In this document: positions 31,822 through 40,671 of the stretch, in pieces
Numbering within the stretch: position 1 is the stretch's first letter
Layout of the letters: each line of letters begins with the position of its first letter
Assembly: GCA_034440375.1 (NCBI GenBank)
Contig: JAWXBZ010000125.1
Location: 1 to 40,671 of the forward strand
Length of the DNA: 40,671 nt
Source: Candidatus Eiseniibacteriota bacterium
Lineage (GTDB): Bacteria > Eisenbacteria > RBG-16-71-46 > JABDJR01 > JAWXBZ01
Direction: 5' to 3'
Notes under the pieces: generated by a model
Told to the model about the DNA's origin: nothing
What the model saw: the letters and a program-made list of their open reading frames with translations, nothing else
Databases searched by the model: none
Program-made: the position numbers and the translations under genes

Positions 31822-33189
31822 TCATTTGGCCTTCCGCCGTTTCGCCACCGCCGGCAGTCGAAAGCTCTTCTTCCACCGCGGCCATCCTTCCAGGAGATCC
31901 CCGACCAGGTAAAGCGACCCGGCAACGCAAACACCACCGGTCGGGCCCGCAATGCGACGGGCGGCCGTCAACGCACCTTCCAGCGACGACGCGGTTTCGA
32001 TCGGCCGGATTCCGATAAGTCGGGCCATGGCCGCCAATCGCCCGGCCGGGACAGCGCGCGGGTGGCGGGCGGCCACCGCCACGAGGCCGGCGAGGCGGGG
32101 CGCCATAGCCCTCAATATCCCGTCGACATCCTTGCCGAGCGAGGCGCCGACAACCCCCACCACCGGACGGCCCGGGGCGTATCGGTCGAGGTTCTCGACC
32201 AATCGGGCGGCGCCGTCGGGGTTGTGTGCCCCATCCACGACCAGCCAGGGCGACCGGCAAAGCAGCTCGAATCGACCTGGCCAACGGACACGGCGAAAGG
32301 CTTCACGGACCGCCGTGAGATCGAGAACACCACCGCGGAACTGTTCGACGGCCCGGATGGCGAGCGCGGCGTTCTCCCCCTGGTGAAGCCCGCGCAGGGC
32401 CAGGTCGAGGTTCGGATAAACGGCCAGCGGCGTGACAATGGTGAGCCGTTCGCCAACCAATGTCGGCGGCGCCGTCTGGACCTCCACCTCCCGGCCGATG
32501 AACTCGATCGGGGCGCCGAGACGCCGGGCCCGTCGCACCAGCGCCTCGGCCGCGGGACGGGGTTGCGGCGCACTGACCACCGGCACGCCACGCCGAAAGA
32601 TGCCGGCCTTGTCGGTGGCGATCACGCCCAGCGTTGACCCCAGGACCTCGGTGTGATCGAGCGAGATGGACGACATGGCGATGGCCCGCGGCTGGATGAC
32701 GTTGGTCGAATCGAGCCGTCCCCCGAGTCCGACCTCGATCACCATGGCGCCGACACCGGCCTCCCGGAAAGCAACAAAGGCGAGGGCCGTCAGGATCTCG
32801 AAGGTCGTTCGAAAGCCTGTGCCTGGAGCGGCCTCTATGATGCGGCCTGCCTCCCGGGCCGCGCGGACGAAGGCCGCCCGCCCGATCGGACGCCCGTCGA
32901 TGGACACCCTCTCCCGCATGTCGACCAGGTGCGGCGACGTGTAGAGGCCGGTTGAAATACCGTGAGCGCTCAAGAGGGCCCGGGCAATCGCGGCGGTCGA
33001 GCCTTTTCCATTGGTCCCGCCCACATGGATCGCCGGGGTGGCGCGCTCGGGATGGTCGAGACGGCCGAGCGCGCGGGAAAAGCTTCGCCGGTCTGCCACG
33101 CTTACCGTCATCGTTCGTCGGGAGCGCACCGCCTCCCAGTTCACGAAGGAGAGTATCCACTCCACGGTGGCGGCATAGGTGCGAGTCAT
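31822..33189 (-). CDS. folC: Folylpolyglutamate/dihydrofolate synthase
   Basis: GGTNGKGST, YTSPHL, EVGLGGRLDSTNV, WPGRFE, DGAHNPDG, AGSLYLVG. Confidence 0.96.
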   Translation of the reverse strand: MTRTYAATVEWILSFVNWEAVRSRRTMTVSVADRRSFSRALGRLDHPERATPAIHVGGTNGKGSTAAIARALLSAHGISTGLYTSPHLVDMRERVSIDGRPIGRAAFVRAAREAGRIIEAAPGTGFRTTFEILTALAFVAFREAGVGAMVIEVGLGGRLDSTNVIQPRAIAMSSISLDHTEVLGSTLGVIATDKAGIFRRGVPVVSAPQPRPAAEALVRRARRLGAPIEFIGREVEVQTAPPTLVGERLTIVTPLAVYPNLDLALRGLHQGENAALAIRAVEQFRGGVLDLTAVREAFRRVRWPGRFELLCRSPWLVVDGAHNPDGAARLVENLDRYAPGRPVVGVVGASLGKDVDGILRAMAPRLAGLVAVAARHPRAVPAGRLAAMARLIGIRPIETASSLEGALTAARRIAGPTGGVCVAGSLYLVGDLLEGWPRWKKSFRLPAVAKRRKAK

Positions 33190-33213
33190 TGCATGGAATG
33201 CTAGCAGGACACC

Positions 33214-33253
33214 GGCTATCAGGTGGTGGAACAGGCTATCAGGTGGGGAAACA
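33214..33253. repeat. Tandem 20-bp direct repeat in the folC/AI-2E divergent region
   Basis: GGCTATCAGGTGGTGGAACA / GGCTATCAGGTGGGGAAACA (18/20 identical). Confidence 0.8.
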
Positions 33254-33296
33254 CCGGCACTTATCCTACCCCCACGGGCCTGCTAAACTGCGCGGC

Positions 33297-34499
33297 GTGA
33301 ATGTTCCTCCTCCCACATCGACAATCGGACGTTCCTTACCCGCCGTCCTCCTGGCAGCGGTCTGGCTTGTTTTCCTGATTCGCGGCGTCCATACGCTTCT
33401 GATTCCACCGCTGGCGGCGATGGCGCTGGTCTTTGTCCTTTTCCCGCACCGACAGTTTGCCTGGGCCTCGCGCACCATGATCGCGGCGGGTTTGCTGGCC
33501 ACCCTGTGGATCATGGCCAAGGTCCAGACGATCGTCTGGATCGCGACGTTTGGTCTGTTCACGGCCTATGTCTTGAACCCGGTCGTGGTGCGGCTCGAAT
33601 CCATCGGCATCAAGCGAAGCCGCGGGGCGCTCTACCTGATCCTGATCGGGGCGCTGGTGTTCGTCACGCTCGGCGTCATCATCCTGCCCGATCTCTACAG
33701 CCAGGTCGGCGATCTCGTGACCAACCTCCCCCGCTATCTGCAGGAAATCCAGCGTCGTTACCAGGGATCACTGAACGATCCCCGCTTCGCCAACTTTCCG
33801 GTCAACCTGGCCGACCTGGCGGCCGCCGCATCCGCCAAGGCCGCCGTCATGCTGACCGGGGCCGACAAGGGCCTGGCGGTGATTCTCCAGAACCTGGGCG
33901 CCGCCCTCGCGATCGCCATCCTGACGCCGATTGTCGGGTATCACCTGCTCAAGGACATGCCGCAGTTGAAGACGAGTGCAATGAGCCTGATTCCCAGGAA
34001 CATGGAACGGGAGTTGCGTGACCTGTTCGCCGAGATGGATGTCCTGATCGGCCGGTGGCTCCGGGGGCAATTCACGGTGGCCATGATCGTCGGCGTCATG
34101 ACGGCCATCGGGCTGACGGTCATCGGGCTGCGCTACTCGATCGCGCTCGGGTTCCTGGCCGGACTTTTCAACATGATTCCGATTGTCGGCTACTGGTTCA
34201 GCCTGATTCTGGCCACGATCATCGCGCTGACCGGAAACAACCCGACACAGGACGCGCTCTGGACCGTAATCATCTTCTTCGCGATCCAGCTCCTTGAGCA
34301 GAACTTCATCTCGCCGCGCATTGTCGGCCGCGAAACCGGCCTGCACCCGGTGGCCATCCTCCTCTCGCTTCTGGTCTTTGGTGCGCTGGCTGGTTTTGCC
34401 GGGGCGTTGCTGGCGATTCCCTTCACGCTCTTTCTGAGGGTTTTCTTTCGCCGCTACATCGCGCGACGCCTCCGGAACGCCTGCATTCCGTCGTCTTGA
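33297..34499 (+). CDS. AI-2E family transporter
   Basis: AYVLNPVV, WLRGQF, AGLFNMIPIVG, QLLEQNFISPRIVG...LHP, GALLAIP; GTG start inferred. Confidence 0.9.
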   Translation: MNVPPPTSTIGRSLPAVLLAAVWLVFLIRGVHTLLIPPLAAMALVFVLFPHRQFAWASRTMIAAGLLATLWIMAKVQTIVWIATFGLFTAYVLNPVVVRLESIGIKRSRGALYLILIGALVFVTLGVIILPDLYSQVGDLVTNLPRYLQEIQRRYQGSLNDPRFANFPVNLADLAAAASAKAAVMLTGADKGLAVILQNLGAALAIAILTPIVGYHLLKDMPQLKTSAMSLIPRNMERELRDLFAEMDVLIGRWLRGQFTVAMIVGVMTAIGLTVIGLRYSIALGFLAGLFNMIPIVGYWFSLILATIIALTGNNPTQDALWTVIIFFAIQLLEQNFISPRIVGRETGLHPVAILLSLLVFGALAGFAGALLAIPFTLFLRVFFRRYIARRLRNACIPSS

Positions 34500-34514
34500 G
34501 CGCCCTCCGCCCGG

Positions 34515-35639
34515 TCAGCCGGCGAGGTGAAGCGTGATCGGCCTTCCGGGAATCAGCCCAAGGAGTTCGGCGGCACTTCCCTCCACAATCGCCACCTCGA
34601 GCAGGCCGCTCGAGCCGGACAGCGCCACCACGTCACCACGGGACGCCTCCGAGTAGGTTCGAACCAGGGGGATGTCCGACCGTCCAGGGACACTGACCCG
34701 GTGTGGTCGGCCATCCAGCAAGGAATCGGGCAGGTTCGATATCGCGTTCCCGAAGCGATCCACGTGCAGGATGACACCGCTCCAGCCTTCCGCACTGGCT
34801 CCCGGGGCGGGCCAGTCAAGCCGCACCGGATCCTCGATTGGCTTCCCGAACGTGTCGGGCATCTCCCCGGCCGCCAGGCGCGCCGCCACCGGTGCGAAAA
34901 GGTCCCGGCCATGAAATGTGGGCGAAACCTCGGTATGAGTCAGGTGATTTGGCTCGATGGCGATCACGCGGGCACCGTCCAGAAACGGCGTGAACAGGCC
35001 GTTGTCCGGCCCGACAATGAGGTGACGTCCCGCGCAGACGATGATCGGCCGCCTCGTGCCCCCGACGCCGGGATCGACCACGGCCAGATGCACGGTACCC
35101 GGCGGGAAATGTGGCGCCGCGGCCCAGAGGGCAATCGCCCCGTCCATGACGTCGAACGGCGCAATCTCGTGGGTGATATCGATTAGCACGAGGTTTCGGT
35201 CGCGGGAGAGGATGACGCCGCGCAGGCTGCCGATGTACCCGGAGCGGGTGCCGAAGTCGGTGGTGAGCGTCACGAGGCCGCACGCGGAGTTCGGTTCTTC
35301 CACGGGCGGACTGACAGATTCGGCGAGCCACCGGAGATAAGCCCCCAGCCCGTGGGAAACGGGTAGAGCCAGGATCTCCGGTACCTCATGGGGATGCCAC
35401 TCGCTGATGGCCGCCTCGAGCCCGGCGTAGGCGGCTCGGGTAGTCTTGATAACCAGGAGGGACTCCCCGGCCCCCTCGATGGCTCCCTGCCAGCGATACG
35501 TGGAACGGCCGGCCGGAAGCTGATGAATGCAGGCGGCCAGCCCTGCCTCGACCAGGCGCCGCCCAAGGGAGTCCGCGCTGCCATCGGCCGGCAGGCTGAC
35601 CAGTACGAGGAGCGCCTCACTCGGTGCGTGGGCAGCCAT
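34515..35639 (-). CDS. CutA-like domain fused to DUF62 SAM hydroxide adenosyltransferase (SAM hydrolase)
   Basis: aa 1-110: LAAC, STYRWQG, E..LVIKT, HPHEVPEI, YLRW. aa ~122-374: LTTDFG, DITH, VVDPGVG, GPDNG, TFHGRDLFAP, DRFGN, LEVAI. No stop between the two. Confidence 0.9.
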   Translation of the reverse strand: MAAHAPSEALLVLVSLPADGSADSLGRRLVEAGLAACIHQLPAGRSTYRWQGAIEGAGESLLVIKTTRAAYAGLEAAISEWHPHEVPEILALPVSHGLGAYLRWLAESVSPPVEEPNSACGLVTLTTDFGTRSGYIGSLRGVILSRDRNLVLIDITHEIAPFDVMDGAIALWAAAPHFPPGTVHLAVVDPGVGGTRRPIIVCAGRHLIVGPDNGLFTPFLDGARVIAIEPNHLTHTEVSPTFHGRDLFAPVAARLAAGEMPDTFGKPIEDPVRLDWPAPGASAEGWSGVILHVDRFGNAISNLPDSLLDGRPHRVSVPGRSDIPLVRTYSEASRGDVVALSGSSGLLEVAIVEGSAAELLGLIPGRPITLHLAG

Positions 35640-35659
35640 CTCCCGGGTGGCGCGGCGGC

Positions 35660-36700
35660 CTAGTCGGCCTGCCAGGCCTCCGCCCGAACCGGTTCAATTC
35701 GAACCATGCCGCCGGCGCTCGGGTTGTCGTTCCCGTCATCGATCCGGTCGTAAGCCACATCGGCGGTGATCTTTCCCCACCAGTTGCCCGACAGATCGAG
35801 TGTCGGCATTACGCCCGGCGTCTCGCCGCGAAAATCGCGAAGCTGAAGCTCCCAGGCCGCATTGTCAAAAATGTTGTTGTCCCGCATCTTCGGGTTGGAA
35901 CGCCCCCGGAGCAGCACGCCGTATTCGTTCTGAGCAATGTTGTTCCGTGTCAGCTCGGGCGAGGATGAAGTGATGGTGATGCCGTAGGACCGGCAGAGTG
36001 AGATGAGGCTGTTTCGGATGGTGGCGTTCGATCCCTTCTCCAGGTTAATACCGATCTGGGCTCCGATGACAAGTGTTTCATCGATGAGCACGTCCGGGGA
36101 CTGAACCAACTGGATTCCTTTGGCCGTCCCGGCGTAGTTGCCGATCATCGTGACGGTGCTGCGATAAACACGGCCGCGGCCGCGCTGAAAATGAATGCCA
36201 CGTTCGCTGCAGCCGCGGATCGTGGACCGCGTCAGGTCGAGTCTGCCGTCGGTGACCGAAATGCCGGTCGTGGCCGAATCGAGGACGATCCGATCGATCC
36301 GGGCGATGGCTCCGGGGCTGGCCACCAGGATGCCGGCCCAGTCCTGGGTCGACGGGTCAAGGCTGTCCGATGTCATGTAGATGCTGTCGCCGTCGGCGCC
36401 GGCGCACTCCACGGTTCCGTAGACCGCTATTTCGAGATCGAAAGGGCGGAGTCCCTTCTGGTCGGCCAGATTCGGTTTGAACTTGACCAGCACGCCGGGA
36501 CCGATCGAAAGCGTCGATCCGACCGGAATCGTGATGTCCTCGGTGACGACATAGGGACCCGCGGCCTTGGTCCACTGGACATGCCCCTTGATCTCACCGC
36601 CGATGCGGGTTTCAGCGTCGGCATTCACGGCGCCCAGTGCGAGGGCGAAAAGAACCAGGATGAAGGGCCAGGGCGGCAACGCTTTGTACGAAAGTTTCAT
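35660..36700 (-). CDS. Secreted right-handed parallel beta-helix protein
   Basis: Signal peptide; WTKAAGPYVV, LSIGPGV, WAGI; PbH1-like repeats (IRNSLI, LTRNNI, MRDNNI); GNWWG. Confidence 0.82.
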   Translation of the reverse strand: MKLSYKALPPWPFILVLFALALGAVNADAETRIGGEIKGHVQWTKAAGPYVVTEDITIPVGSTLSIGPGVLVKFKPNLADQKGLRPFDLEIAVYGTVECAGADGDSIYMTSDSLDPSTQDWAGILVASPGAIARIDRIVLDSATTGISVTDGRLDLTRSTIRGCSERGIHFQRGRGRVYRSTVTMIGNYAGTAKGIQLVQSPDVLIDETLVIGAQIGINLEKGSNATIRNSLISLCRSYGITITSSSPELTRNNIAQNEYGVLLRGRSNPKMRDNNIFDNAAWELQLRDFRGETPGVMPTLDLSGNWWGKITADVAYDRIDDGNDNPSAGGMVRIEPVRAEAWQAD

Positions 36701-36758
36701 GTATGTGGCCTCGGTGTAAATCGGTCGATCGGACGGTCGGCCCGACAGAGTGCGCCAG

Positions 36759-36770
36759 AGTTTAGCAGGC
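36759..36770 (-). promoter_or_regulatory. Extended -10 element upstream of the beta-helix/cutA-DUF62 pair
   Basis: GCCTGCTAAACT, identical to the 12-mer at 33278-33289 (+) before the AI-2E gene. Confidence 0.5.
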
Positions 36771-36773
36771 GAT

Positions 36774-38150
36774 TCATCGCCCGGCGAGGATGGTCTCGAG
36801 TGGCAGGACCAGGTCAGCCGGAAGAAGGAATACCTCCCCGGGGCGCGGGGGGTCCATCCGAATGGCCTGTGCGGCCCAGACCCCCGGATAATTGGCCACC
36901 GGGGCGAGACGGAGTTCCATGACCCGCCCCCGCGCGTCAGTTACAGCCACGCGGCGAACGCGATTCGGGGTGCCTCCCCCCGGCCGAAATGGATCGAGCC
37001 GATCACCCGCGGCAACCAGGCTGTCAGCCGGCGTCTGTATCCAGGCCTCAACCAGGGACGTTCGATCCGGCGGGGGCGCCCCGGGCGTCCCGGACTCGCC
37101 GGTCAACCGCCAGACCCCGATCGAATCCGGGGCGAATTCAATCGAATCAGATCCGGCCACCACCCGGAATCGTCGCCAATCCCGGAGCGGTCCGAACAGC
37201 AGCCGGCGATCCCGCAGCGTGAGATCGCTCCGATCAGCGACCTCGCGATAGGCCAATGGCACACCGTACCGCCAGGGTCGTCCGGTGAGTCGGACCCCCA
37301 CCTCGGGTCGCGACGTCGGGAGCAACGCGTCTTCCAGGACTAAGGTGTCACGCCTCCCGGCCGCGGACACGATCAGGCGGCGACCCGCCGGAAGGACGGT
37401 GTTACCCGGAAGGGGGGCCGGAAAACTGCGGGCCTTCATGGCTCGGAGGCTCTTGACGAATTCCATGACGGCGCCCGAATTCGCCCGACCCGGAAAGGGC
37501 TCAATCAGGCGCCAGGACGCCCCGCCCGCCTCCCGTTCCATCGAGAGGTTGCCATTGGGTCGCAACAACCGGACGTTCGTCACGGTCGCCGGGTCGAATT
37601 CGAAGAGTGTCGGATCTCGCCAGCTGTCGAGCGGGCGCCGGAAATAGGTATCGGCTTCGGATTCGGCAATCAGCGCCAGCGAATCGCGGCCGGTGGCCCG
37701 CATGTAGAAGGCTCCCGCCGCCGGCGCCAGGTTACCGAACTCGAGTTTCGTGCTGGATCCGTCGCTGAGTCCGAACTCGACAACCACCAACGGGTCCCTG
37801 ACCCCGTATGGATCGCCCGGACCGGGCTCGATCGGCACGACGCCACGCGGCACCAGGGATCGGCAGCGATTGAGCAACGCCTCCACGGCGACGGGGTCGG
37901 CCGGAAAGCGGACCGGCGAGACGATCCACCAGCGCTGATCGATCCGTTCCATGCGCGTGGAATCGATGCTGAAGGCCACCAGGATTCGAGCCACCCGGGT
38001 CGGCTCGATCGACACGAAGGGGCGCTGGGCCATCGGGACGGACGGGTCTCCGGGACGATCGGCTGTGCCGGCGCGCGGGCCGTAGCGCAACCACCCGGCC
38101 AACCCGACGAAGAGGAGGATGAGAATCCAGAAGCCCGGACGGCGGGTCAT
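36774..38150 (-). CDS. DUF4340 domain protein
   Basis: N-terminal anchor MTRRPGFWILILL; repeated units WWIVSPVRFPAD / WRLIEPFPGRAN, YGVRDP, WRDPTLF / LRDRRLL; follows gldG-like gene. Confidence 0.8.
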   Translation of the reverse strand: MTRRPGFWILILLFVGLAGWLRYGPRAGTADRPGDPSVPMAQRPFVSIEPTRVARILVAFSIDSTRMERIDQRWWIVSPVRFPADPVAVEALLNRCRSLVPRGVVPIEPGPGDPYGVRDPLVVVEFGLSDGSSTKLEFGNLAPAAGAFYMRATGRDSLALIAESEADTYFRRPLDSWRDPTLFEFDPATVTNVRLLRPNGNLSMEREAGGASWRLIEPFPGRANSGAVMEFVKSLRAMKARSFPAPLPGNTVLPAGRRLIVSAAGRRDTLVLEDALLPTSRPEVGVRLTGRPWRYGVPLAYREVADRSDLTLRDRRLLFGPLRDWRRFRVVAGSDSIEFAPDSIGVWRLTGESGTPGAPPPDRTSLVEAWIQTPADSLVAAGDRLDPFRPGGGTPNRVRRVAVTDARGRVMELRLAPVANYPGVWAAQAIRMDPPRPGEVFLLPADLVLPLETILAGR

Positions 38151-38151
38151 C

Positions 38152-39498
38152 TCACAGCGCGCGGCGGCGCCAGGCTGCCGTGATGCCGAGGACCATGATG
38201 GCCAGCGGCAGCCCCAGAACACCCAGCAGGAAAACCGTCCGTGCCTGCTCGTTGTTCAGTTCGACCCGTCGCTCGCGCACGACCGGGGCGCGAATGGCGA
38301 TTTCCTCGGGGCGCTCGGTCAGCCAGGCAACCGCGTTCATGAGGAGATCACCGCCACCCGGGACGCGCCAGTCACGATTGGAGGCAAAATCGGAATCGCC
38401 AAAGACGACCAGGCGCGCGCCGTTCTGTCCCGGATGATCGAGCGCAACGGCCATCGGCACCGGGCCAAGGCGGTCGCGGCCGGGATCGAGCCGCGGAGGC
38501 GAGCCCGGGGGATCGGTCTCCGCCCACGAACCGATACCGGAACGGAAGAGCATCCAACCGCGCGATGGTTTTGGAAGTGTCGACGGCAATCGGACGCTCC
38601 GGGCCAGGCGGAAGTAGGTATTCAGATTGAACCCCCCGGTGATCGGGGTTGCCTCGTACTGCGTGACCACGGGGGTCTCGGGATCGAGGCCGATCAGGCG
38701 GCTGCGGCCACTGCCATCCACGATTCGATCCTCCCCCACCAGGGCGCCCCACGAGGTGAGCCAGGGAGCGAGGCCGGCGGCCGGAGCCGGATCGATCAGC
38801 GCCAGGATTCGCCCGCCGCCTCGCAGGTAGGCGTCCAGCACGGCGGTCTCCTCCGCTCGATACTCCGAGCGTGGACCGGCAATCACCAGCAGATCGAGGC
38901 TGTCGAGGGTGTCGGCGGTGAACAGTGACAGGCGTCGCAGCCGGTAGCCGTTCGCACCGAGCGCGTCGCCGGCGGCGCGCATGCCACCCGGCTCCTCATC
39001 GAACGGCGAGGCTTCACCGTTCCCCGAGAGGAACGCCACCCGGGCCGGACGCGGCCGCAGGAATCGTATCAGGGCGCTGGTGAGCCCCTCCTCGGTGTAG
39101 GCGCGTACCCGTTCCTTCTTCTCCCCGCCGACGAACAGGAGTCCGTATTCCTGCACCCCCCGGCGGAGAGCCTCGCCGGGACGCCGATCGGGATCGATGA
39201 ACTCGAACGAGAATCGTCGGCTGCCGGCGGCATATTCGTCCAGCAACCGGCGCAGTTCGTCCTGGGTAGGATCGGCGGTGGGCAGAAACGCGAGCAGTTG
39301 AACATCCCGATCGAGCGAGTCGAGAATCTGGCGTGATTGCCTTGAGAGGCTGTACCGGTTTTCCGCGGTCCAGTCGGCGCGCCAGTTGATTCGACCGGCC
39401 GCCATGTTGATCATGACGAGGATGCCGAGAAAGAGTGCCCCGGTGACCAGGAGACTCCCCCCTTTCTTCGCTCCACGGAAAAATCTGATTCCCGACAC
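38152..39498 (-). CDS. GldG-like ABC transporter auxiliary component
   Basis: RADWTAENRYSLS, EFIDPD, FLSGNGE, LVIAGP, YLRGGGR, RLVVFGDSDF, NAVAWL, C-terminal TM plus WRRR; start 39498 or 39504. Confidence 0.88.
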   Translation of the reverse strand: MSGIRFFRGAKKGGSLLVTGALFLGILVMINMAAGRINWRADWTAENRYSLSRQSRQILDSLDRDVQLLAFLPTADPTQDELRRLLDEYAAGSRRFSFEFIDPDRRPGEALRRGVQEYGLLFVGGEKKERVRAYTEEGLTSALIRFLRPRPARVAFLSGNGEASPFDEEPGGMRAAGDALGANGYRLRRLSLFTADTLDSLDLLVIAGPRSEYRAEETAVLDAYLRGGGRILALIDPAPAAGLAPWLTSWGALVGEDRIVDGSGRSRLIGLDPETPVVTQYEATPITGGFNLNTYFRLARSVRLPSTLPKPSRGWMLFRSGIGSWAETDPPGSPPRLDPGRDRLGPVPMAVALDHPGQNGARLVVFGDSDFASNRDWRVPGGGDLLMNAVAWLTERPEEIAIRAPVVRERRVELNNEQARTVFLLGVLGLPLAIMVLGITAAWRRRAL

Positions 39499-39500
39499 GA

Positions 39501-40274
39501 TCAATTCCCCGACCAGCGGCGGGCGGCCAGCGACTGGTGGGCCACCCCGATTCCGAAGCAAGCAATGGTGACGAAGAAGAGCACATCCTTGAGATCGACG
39601 ACCCCCTGCGTCATCGGCTTCAGATGCAGGAGAACGGCGGCGGAGGCCAGGATCGTCGAAAGCCACCCCTCCGTGGCCAGTGACAATGGCTCGAGGCTCC
39701 AGAGAAGTATGAAGAGGACAAACGAGATCATGGCCGCCACGATCTGATTTTCCGTGAGCGTGGAAATCATGAGGCCGAGAGCAATCAGGGCACCGCCGTA
39801 CAGGAAAACGCCGAGATAGCCGGCGAGCATCGGCCCCGGATCGGGATTGCCCAGCCGAAAGAGGACCAGCGTGGTCCAGGTGGTGCCAAGGAGCATGAGC
39901 CCCCAGAAGGAGAGCGCCGCCAGGTACTTGGCCATCACCACCTGGAAATCGGTAAGCGGCCAGGTGAGTAGAAGTTCAATGGTCCCCTGCCGCCGCTCCT
40001 CGGCCATGAGTCGCATGGTCAGGAGAGGCAACAGGAAAACGGCAATGATGGCGAGGTTGAAAAACCATGGCGTCATCAACTGGACATGCAGATCGATCGG
40101 CGTCTCGGAACCGAGTCCGGCCCCGGCAGCCCGCGCGTACTCAACGAAGCGGGTCAGAGCCCCGTACCAGGTAAGACCCACGCTGAACAGAAACAGCGAG
40201 AGCACGACGTAGCCGACCGGTGGAATGAAGTAGAGAGACAGTTCCCGTTTCAGGAGGGCCGCAAATCCGCGCAT
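39501..40274 (-). CDS. GldF-like ABC-2 permease
   Basis: KRELSLYF, PLLTMRLMAEERRQGTIELLLTWP, AKYLAA, STLTENQIVAA; TGATG coupling to the upstream gene. Confidence 0.92.
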   Translation of the reverse strand: MRGFAALLKRELSLYFIPPVGYVVLSLFLFSVGLTWYGALTRFVEYARAAGAGLGSETPIDLHVQLMTPWFFNLAIIAVFLLPLLTMRLMAEERRQGTIELLLTWPLTDFQVVMAKYLAALSFWGLMLLGTTWTTLVLFRLGNPDPGPMLAGYLGVFLYGGALIALGLMISTLTENQIVAAMISFVLFILLWSLEPLSLATEGWLSTILASAAVLLHLKPMTQGVVDLKDVLFFVTIACFGIGVAHQSLAARRWSGN

Positions 40275-40671
40275 CAGGCGCCCCGCGGCACGAGCTGGAG
40301 AAATATTTCCTCCAGCGAGATGTCGGCTGAGCTCAACTCGAGAAGCGCGGCGCCGCCGTCGATGAGCGCCCGCGACATGGCCGCGCGACAATCACCCGCA
40401 TCATCGGTTTCCGCCAGGAGGACTCCTTCGCCGTTCTGCTGCGATTCAATCCGCACCGAAAGAACGCCGGGGACAGCCGAGAGGAGCCGCAGAGCGGCAT
40501 CGGCCGGGCCGCCCACCCGGATTCTCCAGACCGGCCGTTGCTGGAGGCGGCGCATCAGTTCAGCCGGAGTCCCCTCGGCCACGATTCGCCCCTTGTCGAT
40601 GATCAGGATGCGACTGGCGATCTGGCTGACCTCCGGCAGGATGTGGGTCGACAGGATGATCGTGCGCGATC
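40274..40671 (-). CDS. GldA-like ABC ATP-binding protein (3' part only)
   Basis: Reading from the window edge: SRTIILSTHILPEVSQIASRILIIDKGRIVAEGT (H-loop)...SLEEIFLQL. Confidence 0.92.
   Translation of the reverse strand, partial: SRTIILSTHILPEVSQIASRILIIDKGRIVAEGTPAELMRRLQQRPVWRIRVGGPADAALRLLSAVPGVLSVRIESQQNGEGVLLAETDDAGDCRAAMSRALIDGGAALLELSSADISLEEIFLQLVPRGA

Noticed and set aside
33214-33253. Mini-CRISPR array
   Set aside because: Two directly adjacent units, no spacer and no cas genes.
34515-35280. Fluorinase/chlorinase call for the DUF62 domain
   Set aside because: The TFHGRD histidine fits the hydroxide adenosyltransferase (hydrolase) subgroup.

Overview
A GC-rich bacterial window, mostly cell-envelope and housekeeping genes from a diderm with heptose-containing LPS. 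The T9SS/FlgD-type C-terminal domains, DUF5916 barrel and peptidase-PD40-Omp85 protein suggest an FCB-group relative such as a Ca. Eisenbacteria-like lineage (inference only). Gene order: frameshifted FG-GAP/FlgD-CTD protein, BNR-propeller/CTD protein, uvrA, small RanBP2-like Zn-finger membrane protein, DUF5916 OM protein, intact higA with a destroyed higB, tolC-macA-macB-like efflux operon, monocistronic exbB/tolQ, asnS, TPR/Zn-finger membrane protein plus DUF4388 protein, an operon of gluzincin-PD40-Omp85, GT-C/TPR, waaF and gmhB, a divergent GT-C, ctpA, folC, AI-2E transporter, CutA-DUF62 fusion, beta-helix protein, and a GldA/F/G-DUF4340 ABC module running off the right end. I saw no rRNA, tRNA, CRISPR array, transposase or integrase. 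Most notable: the in-frame CutA/SAM-hydrolase fusion; the Omp85/glycosylation cluster with a four-tract G4 motif in its promoter; the doubly inactivated higB; a stand-alone exbB bounded by its own promoter and terminator; recurring ECF-type and leaderless promoter signatures. All family calls come from recognising motifs by eye, not from database searches.
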